Part shown: positions 37,201 through 50,112 of the stretch, piece by piece
Numbering within the stretch: position 1 is the stretch's first letter
How the letters are laid out: each line of letters opens with the position of its first letter
From: Lingula anatina
Lineage: Eukaryota; Animalia; Brachiopoda
NCBI GenBank assembly: GCA_051362555.1
Contig: CM120642.1
Coordinates: forward strand, 21,638,001 to 21,702,000
Direction of reading: 5' to 3'
DNA length: 64,000 nt
Notes under the pieces: generated by a model
What the model was told of the DNA's origin: nothing
What the model saw: the letters and a program-made list of their open reading frames with translations, nothing else
Database searches by the model: none
Made by a program: the position numbers and the translations under genes

Positions 37201-37256
37201 CGTGTCCTACTGGACCTGGTACCTGTCTATGTCCTGATGGAAGCAGTAGTATTGAG
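31276..37256 (+). CDS. Series of small host exons of unassigned domain (approx. 31276-31443, 31862-31978, 32330-32527, 32732-32963, 33482-33687, 33937-34119, 34483-34649, 34924-35068, 35303-35405, 36004-36172, 36640-36883, 37172-37256)
   Basis: GC-richer blocks bounded by pyrimidine-AG and GT donors. In-frame TAA at 34003 and a frameshift near 31360. Some phases are uncertain. Confidence 0.55.
33068..33245. mobile_element. Probable small MITE with inverted subterminal repeats and central CTAACCCTAACC
   Basis: taacagagagaccgc versus gcggactttctgtta (inverted), with CCGG at both ends. Confidence 0.35.
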
Positions 37257-37451
37257 GTGATTTGTGTCATTTGTGTTTTAATGTCTTAACAATCCTGGTA
37301 ATAATAAGTTTATGTGTTGCAGGACATTTTCTCTTGCTTCATACGTTTTTAAGTCCAATCTCGACATAAAATTAGTCTTTCAACGTCAAAACTTCATGGC
37401 CGAAAGCAACCAAAGAAAACATTTACAAATTTAAGTCGATGGCAAATTTTT

Positions 37452-40400
37452 ATGTACAGACACGTCTGTCGTCGCCGTCGCCGTCGCCGTCGTCGCCGTG
37501 CACTCAGCGATAACACGATAAGTGGAATACCAGTTTACATTTTGTATTCAAATTTACAGAACTGATGAATATTCATAATACACAGGTCAAGTTCGAAAAT
37601 CAGCATGATCGGGCCATTTTTAGGGAAGTTATGCTGTTTTTTCACTTTTTTCAGCATATATGCAGCACCGATAACACGATAAGTGGAAAACCATTTTACC
37701 TTTTGGCTTGAAACTTACAGAACTGATGAATATTCATAATACGCAGGTCAAGGTCGAAAATCAGTATGATCGGGCCATTTTTAAGGAATTTATGCTGTTT
37801 TTTCACTTTTTTCAGCATATATGCAGCACCGATAACACGATAGGTGGAAAACCATATTACTTTTTGGCTTGAAACTTACAAAACTGATGAATATTAATAA
37901 TACGCAGGTCAAGTTCGAAAATCAGCATGATCGGGCCATTTTTAGGGAAGTTATGCTGTTTTTTTCACTTTTTTCAGCATATATGCAGCACCGATAACAT
38001 GATAAGTGGAAAACCGTTTCACCTTTTGGCTTGAAACTTACAGAACTGATGAATATTAGTAATACGCAGGTCAAGTTCGAAAATTGGCTTGATTGGAATA
38101 TTTTTACAAATTTTAAGTTATGCTGTTTTTTTCCATTATTCAGCATATATGCAACACTGATAACGCATTTTAAGGAAAACCAATCAGCCTTTTGTCTTGA
38201 AACTCACAGGAGTGATCAGTCTGACTAGTATACAGATCAAGTTTGAAAATAAGCTTGATCAGTTAAGTTTTGATGAAGTTATTAGCCCTTTTGTATATAA
38301 GTGTTTTTTCTTCAGATTTAATTATTAGGCATGTTGACAGTCTCATTACGGAACTAATTAGATATGAAAAGTGTTGTTTTGGCATTTTCTGCTTCTTAAC
38401 AATATTGTTAGTTGATTATATAAAAATGACGGTACACCTGTGCCAAAAATGGAAAGGAACTGATATCATTGCAGTTCGCCATATTCAATCATTCACTAAG
38501 TTAAGAATCTCAGAATGGAGCAAGTTGGACATTTAAATTTGTTATGTTGATATATTTCCTTTGACAACATAATTTTTTAATTGATCATATAAATATGACA
38601 GTAAATAGATTATTTTGTTTTATGTAAAAAAGGTGTTGAAAATGGAAATAAGCTCTTTTCAATACAGTTTTCTCTTGTTTAGATTTTGGGAATTTTCAAA
38701 GTGTGACTCTGAACTCTATGGGCTTGACACATTTTCTGAATATCCATTTTATCATTAAAAAAATGATGATTATTAACTTATTATACTGTTAAGCATTGTG
38801 TAATATTGCATCAAAATTAAACAAAACCCTATTTTGGGCACTGCCTCCGTAGTGACTGTGAAAGGAAAACCATGTCACTTGCTCTTTTCACACTTATAAG
38901 AAAGAAACATAGGACTTAAATACAGCCTCAGTTGGAAAATCTGTCTCATTAGTTAATTTTCTGGAAGTTTTGTGAAAAATTATATCTTTCACATACTGGA
39001 AATTTCAATGTGGGACTTAGATCTTCCTTGGGCATGAAGTCCAGTGGTAATCAAATTCTCTTAATGTCCATGTTTTTAATAGTAGATATTACTAAAATTT
39101 ATGGTATTTATACAGTTAATCATTATGTAATGTTGCATCAAAACTGACAAAAAACCTTCTATGTGCACTGCCACCATAATGGCATTAACATTATGGAAAG
39201 AAAACTGTAACTTTCTATTTTTACAACTAGTCTTACAAGAATGATTCTTAGGATTGACATACAGGTCATATTAGCAAACCAGCTCTATTAGATTATCATT
39301 TTTATTAAATTTATGCATTTTTTTGTGAAATTTTCATTTTTCTCATTCTGGCACTTTCTAAGTATAATCTTGAACTCTGATGGGCCTGAAGCCTTATGCT
39401 TTTACTTTTGTCGGTGTTACCTGTTGTGCATAATTAAAATTTGATGTTGACTGTGCAGTTAAACATAATGTATTATTGCATCAGAATTGGTAGTCTCCTA
39501 TTTTGTGCATTATTGTTTTGTGCTTTTCTTAAGGTGTGACTTATGGGCCTGAAGACCTTTGAGAGGGTCAGTCTGTAAATTTCCCTTGGGTATCACTAGG
39601 CTAATTTCAGAGTTATAATTAATTAAATTAAAATAATTTGCCTAATTAATAGGCCATTAAATGAGATTACATAAAGCACACTTGTTGATGTTTCCCTGTA
39701 ATCTCCCAAAGGTTAAGCTCTCTGCTAGATCAATAATAACGAAGCAGTGATAATTATGCAGGCATGGCCAGAAATGTGCAGCATTTGCGCGATACGCGAG
39801 GGCGCAACAGTAGGGCTTCAAGTGAATCATCTAACCATGGTAACAAGGTAGTTCATGGTAACAAGCGTCTGATATGTGCAGAGAAGTTTATTATTATAAT
39901 ATATATTGTTCTTATTGTTACATTATTTAATCTAACTCTGTTTCCAAGTAGTAACTATACTGTACCAAGTCAGGTACTGATGATGTACAGAGGTCATATA
40001 TTCCAGAATAAGCCATTACCACTGATTTATAACTTTCATTTTTGTTTAATATGTTATTCATGAAAGAGTTCATGAAAGATTATTTTAATTTGTTAAATCG
40101 TGATCTTATTCTTTTTATATTCAAATAATTGAATACTGTGGGTAAAATTGGTCTTCCACTTCTTATTTGCATTTTTCCTTTACTACAAGATTATTTTGGA
40201 ACAGTTGCAGCATTAAAAATTTAAATAAATAGCAATTTAAAAGAAGAATTTTGCATAATTATTAAATGATGATAGGAATTTTGGATTAAGAGATTAGTTA
40301 AATACTGAGTATTGATATGGTCAGTCAATTTATGTAGAATCTGATAATATGATTGAACATACTGATTGAATTCTTGGCCTTGCACTGGGCAGTTTTACAT

Positions 40401-40888
40401 TTGTGCCAAGTGCTCTTTTTGGACTCCATTGTACAGTGGTAAAAAATCTTCAATTGCCATGAAATTTTTTAATCAGACTCTGTATGTTACTGCTATCAGT
40501 TGGTGCTATCGGCAACGAATTAATTTCCCTTTGTTTCTGAGTGAATCTACCGTCTAAAATTACTATAACTGAAAATATTTGCGTTTTGCTGAGAGTAGTC
40601 TAGGCAATATACGGCAAACTTCTTAGTACGTGTGTACAACAGAATTTTTTTAAAAACCCTAGCGATATTTGGTCAGGAGTTGCTTGAAGCATAGCACAGC
40701 GTTGCTGTCTAGCGGCATCAGGCCGTTAGTTTGTCAATTCTCACGAATTACCCACGAATCGCGAACCCATTCATTTTCCTATGGCAATCTAGCAACTCAT
40801 TAAAAAGGCACGCATGCGCAGTGGGCTAGGCGTGACGTCATGCAGTGCATTTCTGGGGATGTAAATTTTGTTCAATATTGCAAATAAG

Positions 40889-40942
<54 letters not shown>

Positions 40943-41800
40943 TGTATATATATATATATACACTATATATATATATATATATCAAACTCAAAGATTAAAA
41001 GTTTGAATAGCAGCTTCATTGGAATTATATTTACCTTTGCCAAGGAGGTTATGTTTTCACCCCTGTTTGTCTGTCATGAACATAACTCAAAATGTTATGG
41101 ACCAATTTTGATGAAATTTTCAGGAACTGTCAGAAGTGGGTCAAGGAGGACAATGATTAGTTTTTAGTGGTGGTTCGGATTAATAATCTATCAATAATCA
41201 ATAATAATCAAAAATTGCTGCCTTGGCAGAGGCCTGCGCTCTCAGAGTGCTTTTCTAGTTTTGTTATGTTTTCCTTATTAATTTTTTCTCAAACACTGAC
41301 ATCTGCACATTTTCTGTATTTTCTGTGTTTCCACATAAGCAGTTGTATTGGTTTTTATGTCTTTAAACATTATGTAATATTATTTTATGCACTGTCATAA
41401 TTTTTCAAATATTGGGACTTTCATCGTGTGAATTTGAACTCTCATGGTCCTGAAACTGTAATCTTATTGAAGGGGTGGATTGAGACCATCTTCTGGGTCT
41501 TCCAGAAGATGGTCAGGTTTTTAAGTTTATATTGACTGGTATCTATTTTTTTTTCTGTTGGAAGACCATCAAAATGGAGGATGGATCAACATAGATTCTT
41601 TGGAATACTGTCAGAAAATATATCTGGGTCCACTCCTGTTATTGACTATGTTACCTGTTGTGCATGATTAAAATTCGGTGTTGACTGACAGTGCTATTAT
41701 AAGCATTATTTTTTATTGCATCAATATTGACAAAATGACCTATTTTGCATTTTTATTATCTGTTTTTTGTCTGTACATTTGACAGCTTTGCTGCCTTGTT
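37452..41800 (+). mobile_element. HINE copy D (colinear with A; 4 satellite units; 5' inverted repeat deleted)
   Basis: ttttt|atgtacagacac-gtctgtc(gtcgcc)n; ~162-bp units at ~37508, 37668, 37829, 37991 and 38157; 3' end TGTCTGTACATTTGACAGCTTTGCTGCCTTGTT at 41800. Confidence 0.85.
39763..40861. mobile_element. 1.1-kb insertion with imperfect ~22-bp TIRs and no visible TSD
   Basis: CATGGCCAGAAATGTGCAGCAT ... ATGCAGTGCATTTCTGGGGATG. Absent from copy A, which reads atgcagg|taaattttg. Confidence 0.7.
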
Positions 41801-41866
41801 GAAATATAATATGAAAGTCATATTATGATATTGAATCAGTTGTTAATATTTGGTTATGATTCACAG

Positions 41867-44459
41867 TATAACCACAGTTGCCAGTGTGACATGTGCCCGG
41901 ATGGTAAAACTAAAAAGGTGATCACTGATGACCCTTCTCAGCCTGCGTGTCCATGTCACTGTGCGGACGGTTTGCCACGGGAGATGAACGCAGACGTGTG
42001 AGGTACAGAACATGTACATATTCAGAAAATAAAAATGGTGTATTTATGTAAATTTTCATGAAGATTTAAGTAGAGAATTTGTTAATATTATGGTTGAATC
42101 GAATTATTTCTATGCGCAGTGCAATCCAGACATCATTGTTATCATTTTAATTATGTTTCAGAATAATGGAACCAAGGCAAAACGTTAATATTTTAGTGAA
42201 TTTTTGTGTACAACTTTAACTGTCTTAATGCTTTTGACATCCGTATATCAATCGATCTTGAGACCATATTTTTCTGTTATTATATTTCTGCCCATTATAT
42301 CAATGTGTATTTTTCTAGTGTGGCTGTGAGTGTCCAAATGGCGGTTATGGTACGGTTAAACCTGATGGTGGCTGTCATTGTTCATGTGAATGTAAAAACT
42401 GCCAGAACTCGGTTATAGCTAGTGATGGAACGTGTTACTGTCCGAATGATATGTGAGTATATTGCACCCCACGTAGAAGCATAGACAGGTATATACTTAT
42501 ATTGATGAACGTGGACACCTGTTGTAGTCTGTAATTTATCGAATTTGCTTGTAATGAGGGAACTGTTTACAGGTACGTGTTATAAGTCTCTGAACTATTG
42601 AAGTCATCTGACTTGAATGTCTAGTTTTCGCTTCTACAGCTGCCCGGTGTGTGACTCTGCCTACGAGCCTGTGTGGGAAGACTGTCGTTGTGTTTGTCGT
42701 GAGAAGACCCAGTGTGGACTGTACCCTGCCTGTGTACGAGGTCGACGTGGAGGGCAGTGTGACCAGCCGGACTGTGAGCCATGCAGTTTTCAGACAGACA
42801 ACGGGTTGCAAGGTGAATCGCCCCAAATTTAAGTGTAAATGCATCATAGGCTGGCTTGAATTTACATAGCAAAATAGACATTCATTTTCAATTTGTTATT
42901 TTTCTACAATTGTTTTCCTTCAAATTATTTATCATTATTTCTACTTCATTATTTGTTTGTGTCTTATGTCTGCTAAATGGTCTATAAACTAGCCTCTGAA
43001 TTCATACAGTCAGATAGAACCTTTATATTACAAACACCCCTACTGTATTTCAGAATGTTTCGGCAATGGTGTTTGCACCCCTCAATCGTACTTCTGTAGC
43101 TCCAGGTGTGTGTGTTCCCAATTCTGGACCGGCGTCTGTTGTAATGTCAGAATACCAAGAAACATGGGAGGTGTTCCTCACTTACAGACAGCAGATGGTG
43201 GGTGAACATCGTCAAAATTGCTCAGCGAATTTAAATCACTTTATCTTTAGACATGTTTTTCAAAATGGAAAGGCATAATATACTGCGGTTCTTTGAATCA
43301 CATTTGTAACATACGTGTATATTTTAGTGTATTAATATTATTTTTCTATACAATTCTTCGGCAGTTTAGTGTGCATCGATGTTTATTTCCTGATTTAATC
43401 ATAGCGTCTCGAAAAACAAAGGAAAGTAATCGTTGTGAAATGAAATAGCCGTTGTGCACCATGTTTGCTAAAGTAATGGTATAACTTGCTGTATGAATTC
43501 GTTGTTTCCTAAGGTATATCCTACGACTACCATGGTATTGGAGAGTTCTGGGACTGTATGAGTACAGCTAACGACTTTGGCGTACAAGTCAGGTTCTTCG
43601 GCTATAAACAAGCATCACTGGTCGGTGACGCCGCGGTCAAGGTCGGCCACAGTGTGGCCACCATTACTACACCGGCCAATGCTACTGAAACCACTCTTCC
43701 TACTTTAAGGTGAATTGGGAATATAGAAAGTGTACTAGTAATATCCCGCACGAAAACGAAGTAGATACTCCAGCGCAGTAGACTACTGCAATCATACTGC
43801 AAACATGCTTCAAATCTGCTTTGATTGGGGAGCTAATTAGCATATTTGAAACATGCTTCTATCATGCTGCTAATCTACTGCATTAATGCTCCTCCTCTGT
43901 ACAACCCTATGTAATTTTTGAAGTAGAATTGAAGTAGACTCTACTGCATTTCTACTGCAAATATGCTCCACACCACTACTGCGTTAATGCTTCTTTACTA
44001 CTTCGATACTACTGCATTTTCGTGCGGGATTGCCTTTGAATAATATGACATTAAAATCCGGAAAGAAACAGCATGATGGTTGCGCTTGTTTTATCAATCA
44101 CATGGTCAATGAAACGAATGGATGTATTGTTTTAATATTTTTAAGATATCATTATCAAATGATCGTTATTGTAGACGTCTAACTACACGTGCCATGTACC
44201 TCACGGTAATATAGAAAAGAAACCGTCTTACTACTATACATGTGCCATGTAACGCTCGGTCATATCTGGCATATAAAACACATATACGTACGTTTAGATA
44301 ACAATTCTTTTTTACTCAGAATTGACGGGCTAGTCCAGAACATAACCAAAAACAAGACAAGATTGACGCTTAACAATGACACCGTCACTGTAGATATTGC
44401 TAAGGTCAGGAACAATGCCACTGGTGCCGTGATGATGATTGCAATCCAGTATGACACCG
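41867..44459 (+). CDS. Host exons: Cys-rich repeats, EGF, then VWD N-part (41867-42002, 42319-42452, 42640-42812, 43054-43197, 43514-43709, 44320-44459)
   Basis: CxC-rich repeats; ECFGNGVC...CVCSQFWTGVCC; GGVPHLQTADG|ISYDYHGIGEF, which resembles the VWD motif GDPHyxTFDGxxYdfxGxGeY. Confidence 0.7.
43745..44028. mobile_element. EnSpm/CMC-like MITE
   Basis: AT|CCCGCACGAAAA ... TTTTCGTGCGGG|AT (2-bp TSD) and multiple internal CTACTGCA subterminal repeats. Confidence 0.75.
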
Positions 44460-45209
44460 GTATGTATATTGTTATATGTATGTTCTCTCACCCTAAGGCG
44501 TGTAATTTGAAGAGAATATGCTCATACACTATTGTCATAGGATGTGATGTAGGCTGTGAGTTGATAACTGGTATGTGTTCCGCTGTATAAAGAGCGACAG
44601 AGCCGCAGGAGCTGGGAAGGGGGCGGGGTACGAGGGATTAGCTACGTATTTCAACCATGGTAGTCCTAGGGGCAGAACGAATGGTTTTAGTGACTCTGTA
44701 AACGTCTTTAAGACGTCACTTTCTCCAACCAAGAAACATATGAGCTAGGTGAGTATTAATATATAGAGAACCTCTAACACCACTCCTTGCCTTATCTGCC
44801 TGAATTAAATAAATATTAATAAATATACCGTATCAAAACGTTAACATACTTTGTACATGTGCAGATTCACACCACATCAGACCATTATTATTATTACTGC
44901 TTAAACAGTCTGTTAGCACGTAGAGAGTTGGAATAATAAATATGAGATATATAAATATAAATACACAGTGGCACAATCAGATATAATAACTGATTGATAA
45001 AACTGAGGATATTAAAAATCGTAAATAAAAGTCTTTGTGCGCATGCGTTACCATTCTTTATTGACTTATTTATAAATATCCGTGTTATTTTGTGTTATTT
45101 TAACTGCTGAATTAATATCCTTTGCTAGAAATATACAATAACATGCAAACCTGCATGCATATACAACCACATCTGTGTCTGTAGCCTCATAATATAACGT
45201 TATTGCCAG

Positions 45210-48200
45210 GTTGTCCTGGTCAGTGTAATGGTAAAGGGAGGTGTGTGAACAGCACTTGTCAATGTAACGACGGCTGGACTGGAACTGACTGCTCTACAGG
45301 TAGGTTATATGTCACCCTGGACAACATCCTACATAGTAGGCTTGTTTAGGGGTCAAACGCTGCAATTTATAGTCTAACTTGGCATGAATGATCCTTGGGC
45401 CAAAAGAAAAAAATATCCATACGCATAAATTATGCAAATTAGGTATCAAAATATAATGTTTCATATTTCCATCACTTTTTTACCAAAAAAAACGTGTAGA
45501 TTATCAAACCTGACTAAATTAGGAAAAAAGAACCCATTTTCGACATTATAGAAACAACTTGGGGTCATTTTGTGCCTCATGTAGATTTGACATATATCTT
45601 AGCAATAAAATATTTAAAGATACATACAAAGTCAATTTTGTCATAAAAACCAACCGAATGCCAGCATATAGTTTCAGGTAGTATAACTAAGAGAATTACC
45701 AAAAGGCATTGTTTAATTTTACCCGAAAGTGATGTTTGGACAGATTTTTCTGCTAGCATTCTATGCTGTATGTCAATGGGGCAGAAAAGTAGGTCACGAA
45801 AGTAGGTTTAATTGACAACCAAAAATTTAAAGAAAGGAGCACTCTAAAGCTCTTTTATGGTTGATTGGGTGATTTATTCAGTTTATCCCTTTGCATGTCG
45901 AATTTATTAGAGTCGTAGAAGAAACTAGTAGAAGTGGTTTACATGTGTTACTGGGAATCCGCGCTCCACCGATGCTCGGTTCGTATGTACCTTTAGGGTT
46001 TTTTTAGATATTTTTTCCACTTTTTTCCACTTTGTTTCTAAAATGCGTTTGACAAAATCACGTTTCTAAATATGTATGAAACTGTGACACACACAGATAG
46101 TGTTTTTATATAAATTTAGATATGTTTTGAATTATAATACAAATGACAATACTTACGCCAATATCACTCCGGTTCATACAGGTTCCTGTGGTGCCTGCGT
46201 CAATGGTGTATGTGACAGCGGTTTCTGTGTGTGTACTGTGGGCTGGGAAGGGACAGCCTGTGAACAGAAAGGTAACTGTAAGGAACTCACAAATCACCCG
46301 TTAACTGTATGCACTCGATTGCTCTTCTGGGGCACTCTATTTTGTATGAAAGTTACAGTTTTGTACTGTAAAGCATTTTTTTTCTCCTATCGCTCGCCAC
46401 GCCTCACCACCTCACATTCCTCTGAATGCTGTGACCTGACCAGCATCAGTCTTATTAATTAACAAATGTATTGCAGTCAGAACTTCAAGTCTTTTATTTT
46501 TCGGTCACGTAGAGACATGTAAAAAGCATATAGAAACAAGCAGTTATGTCGAGAAGAGTTAATTAAAAAAATATTGTGTTTGATAGAAAGCTTCATACCA
46601 TTGCATCAACAACACATGAGTAACGCTATAATATCAGTTTACAAGTGTATAGAAGAGGGATGTGTGTGATGCATAGCGTAATGTGTCGTACCACACATTA
46701 CTTAGTTTCCGAAAATGTACTAATGACTTCAATGCTCTATTCCAGCTACGTGTCTGTATGTGAATAACTGCACTGACGAGGACCACGGTGTGTGTTACAG
46801 GACCAACAGGTGTCGCTGTTTACCAGGATTTGTGGGTATGTATTGAGGACCAAGGCGTGTGTTAATACAGGACCAACAGGTGTCGCTGTCTACCGGGATT
46901 TGTGGGTATTAATTATGGACCACGGTGTGAGTTACGGGACCAACAGGTGACGCTGTCTACCAGGATTTGTGGGTATGTATTGAGTACCATGGCGTGTGTT
47001 ACAGGACCAACAGGTGTCGCTGTCTACTAGGATTTGTGGGTATGTATTGAGGACCATGGTTTGTGTTACAGGACCAACAGGTGTCGCTGTCTACCAGGAT
47101 TTGTGGGTATGTATTGTGGACCACGGTGTGTGTTACAGCACAAAAAGGTGCTGCTGTCTACCAGGATTTGTGGGTATGTGCGGAGGACCATGGTATGTTT
47201 TACAGGACCAACAGGTGTCGCTGTCTACCAGGATTTGTGGGTATGCATTACAATAAGGATTAACTTTCGTGTGCTTTCAAGGCAAAGGGCAAAATCTTCC
47301 AGAAGTCGAGCGCACACTAAGGCTAATCACCCGAGGAGGCTTGTCATTTAGTTGATGTGAGTGCATTCAGTCCCAAGGCAGTTGGATCGATCTAAGTAAA
47401 AAAAAGTTTATTGGAAACGCACCCTACATATATATATATATATAATTGTACGAAATTTCTGTGGCAAAAAAAAAACACGAACTAATTTACCCACGTTTTC
47501 AATTCTGTACATTTAGGTAGTGACTGTAGCATCGTTGCAACTTGTTTCAACGTGTCTGAATGCTCCAGTCACGGGGTCTGCGTGGACTTCGACGTATGCA
47601 AATGTGACAGCGGATGGGCGGGGCCAAATTGCACAGAGTTTTCTTGTGAACGTCTGGCGGCTTGCTCAGGTGTGTTGTTCATAGGAGAGATTTTTACCAT
47701 TATTTTTACGTGAATGATATGAAAAAAAGGGGTGCATTTGAGAAAGTACACAAATACAAAAATACAAAACGTTTTTATATAATTCGACATGTAACAATAT
47801 GCGATAGAATAAAGCAGTACTATACGATATGCTATTATACATCACTGTCTTATGTATTATCATCAGTAGTTCAATTATAAGAATGTTGAAGCATGTACCT
47901 TTCCAGGCCACGGTCAGTGTAAAGGATATGACGTATGCAGTTGTGACAATGGTTGGCAAGGAGACAGCTGCGCTCTGCCAGACTGTTCTTCAAATAATGA
48001 CTGCTCCCTACACGGGGTGTGTACGTCACCTCACACGTGCACGTGTTATGACGGTTACCATGGTGAAAACTGCACCGCAGTGAAAAATTGCACATCGTTA
48101 AATGACTGTAGTGGCCACGGTATATGCGCTGCCTTAGAAGGGAATGATACGGCTGTTATGTGCAGGTATGGTACTTTTCGTTACCTTCAGTTAGAGGTGG

Positions 48201-48634
48201 CAGGCGTTTGGTTATATATATCATAATAACAGAAATCCCACAGCAATTGTCTACGATAGTGAAATGTAACAACGGTTTTTAAAATATGTTTGGTGAAAGC
48301 TTAGGCTGGGTCTATTTATGACACTTAAAATAAGATGATATTAAAATTGTTATTATAATTTTTACAACTGGCCCTATGACAAATTTAGAGAATTTCAGAG
48401 GGAGGAAAACAGTACATGTATTTATGATTTTATTTTCTCCCTTCAAAAATTATATTTGTAACAGGTGTTTTGAAGGCTACCATGGCGACACGTGTGACGC
48501 CGTCTCATGTTCTACTGTAAACAACTGTTCAGGACACGGTGCGTGTTTGGAGCCCAACCTCTGTAACTGTGACACAGGCTTCGGGGGAAATGACTGCTCT
48601 AATTTCTCATGTGAAGCTCTTGGATACTGCTCTG
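45210..48634 (+). CDS. Host exons encoding tenascin-type EGF repeats (45210-45299, 46182-46271, 46746-46835, 47517-47669, 47907-48165, 48465-48634)
   Basis: Repeated CSGHGxC...CxCxxGWxGxxC motifs with canonical, phase-compatible splice sites. Confidence 0.8.
46778..47246 (+). repeat. ~67-bp minisatellite (7 copies) derived from an EGF exon 3' end plus splice donor
   Basis: The unit gaggacca.gg.gtgtgttacaggaccaacaggtgtcgctgtctaccaggatttgtgg|gtatgtatt is repeated; donors follow ~46835, 46905, 46972, 47039, 47106, 47173 and 47240. Confidence 0.9.
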
Positions 48635-48936
48635 GTAATAACTGTATAACTCAATACATACCCACAATGTCATAATATATGGTTGTATATTTATTCTAAC
48701 TGTGCGTCTTACCTGTTTATTTTCAAAGAGAAAGCGTTAAAAACATCCACTTGACCAGAAGATAACTGCCAGTAATGCGTTCATTGGGAGTTTGCACACG
48801 ATTGCATTGTCTTAGTGTGGAATAAACTAGTTTTAAACAAAGCCATAAGTTTATGTGTTAGATCTGCAACGATTGTATTTGTTCATCTCCCTATTACGCT
48901 ATGTGACATACTTGTGTTTATCTTTCCTCTATGCAG

Positions 48937-49926
48937 GCAATGGACAGTGTGTATTATTGGACACGTGCTTGTGTTCTGCTGGCTGGCTGGGTGAACGCTG
49001 TGACGGGCCCGTCTGCCGTGATGTGGCCAACTGCTCTGGTAATGGAAGTTGTGTCTCGCCTAACCAGTGCGAGTGTCTGGATGAATACGACGACGTCGAC
49101 TGTTCTATTAGAATTGGTTCGAACTATCACAGCCCAAAGTTTGCATACAACTGGTACAATGGCACTGTGCCGGAGAATGCCCCACCAGGGACTATTATCG
49201 TGCTTCAAGAGAACATTACCATGATTAACGCGACAGACTTAGATACAGGGCGAAATGGCAAACTTGAGTATACTTTCTCTGGAAGCAACGGAGCGGAGCG
49301 GTTCTTCAACATGGACAGTCAGGGACAGTTATCAGTGGTAGCCAAACTGGACTACGACAGTCTTCCGCAGGAGTTCATTATGACAGTAGTGGCATCTGAC
49401 AAGGGCGTACCGCCCAAGAGTGCTGCCACCAAGGTCGCCATCATTGTCCAAGACGTCAACGACAACGCTCCACTTTTCCAGTTGTTTGGTTTTCCAGAGA
49501 TTCCAGTGAATGCCAGTGGCGAGCTAGGACGAACGGTAGGGCGGTTCCTGGCCACAGACAAAGACAGTGGGTCGTACGGAACGGTTCGACACTCTATAAC
49601 CAACGAGAGCAACCCTGATGCTGTATTTGCTGTCAATGAAGACACCGGAGAGCTGATCGTCGTGCGTTTCCCAGCCCAGTATCGATATGACCTTACCATT
49701 TTGGCGGAGGATGGAGGAGAACCACCAAAGTCCGCCATCTTGCCTGTTGTTATTTCTGTCTACGGACACCTTGTTGAGGAACGAAATGATACAGTCGTTG
49801 TGAACCCTACGACTAACACCGTAGCACCGGTTTCCACTACCCTTGGGAGTTCTTCAACCACGGGCACCCAGGGTGAAGTGACAAGTGGTGAGACAGTACC
49901 ATCGCCGAAGACGACGACAACACAAG
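48937..49926 (+). CDS. Exon: 2 EGF repeats + 2 cadherin repeats + Thr-rich stalk
   Basis: PENAPPGT, ATDLDTGRNG, LDYD, ASDKGVPPKS, VQDVNDNAPLF, ATDKDSGSYG, AEDGGEPPKS; atgcag acceptor and G|gtatgt donor. Confidence 0.88.
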
Positions 49927-50112
49927 GTATGTTACAGTAGCTCAAAACAATGACCAAGTTAACATGTATGAATTGAATCCCGCTTTTATCTAAACGAATA
50001 CAAACACCTGATAAAAAGTTAGTAATTTCCACACCCGGTGATTGGCCTATAGGCTAATAGGGTAATTAGGGTAATTTTATAATGATACGTTTTTATATTC
50101 CCTATATTTCAG

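Noticed and set aside
45347-46053. Possible TIR element (gtcaaacgc ... gcgtttgac)
   Set aside because: Only a 9-bp inverted match and no TSD identified.
46778-47246. CRISPR-like or multi-exon EGF array
   Set aside because: The units are contiguous with no unique spacers and no acceptor sites, in a eukaryotic context. It is a minisatellite.
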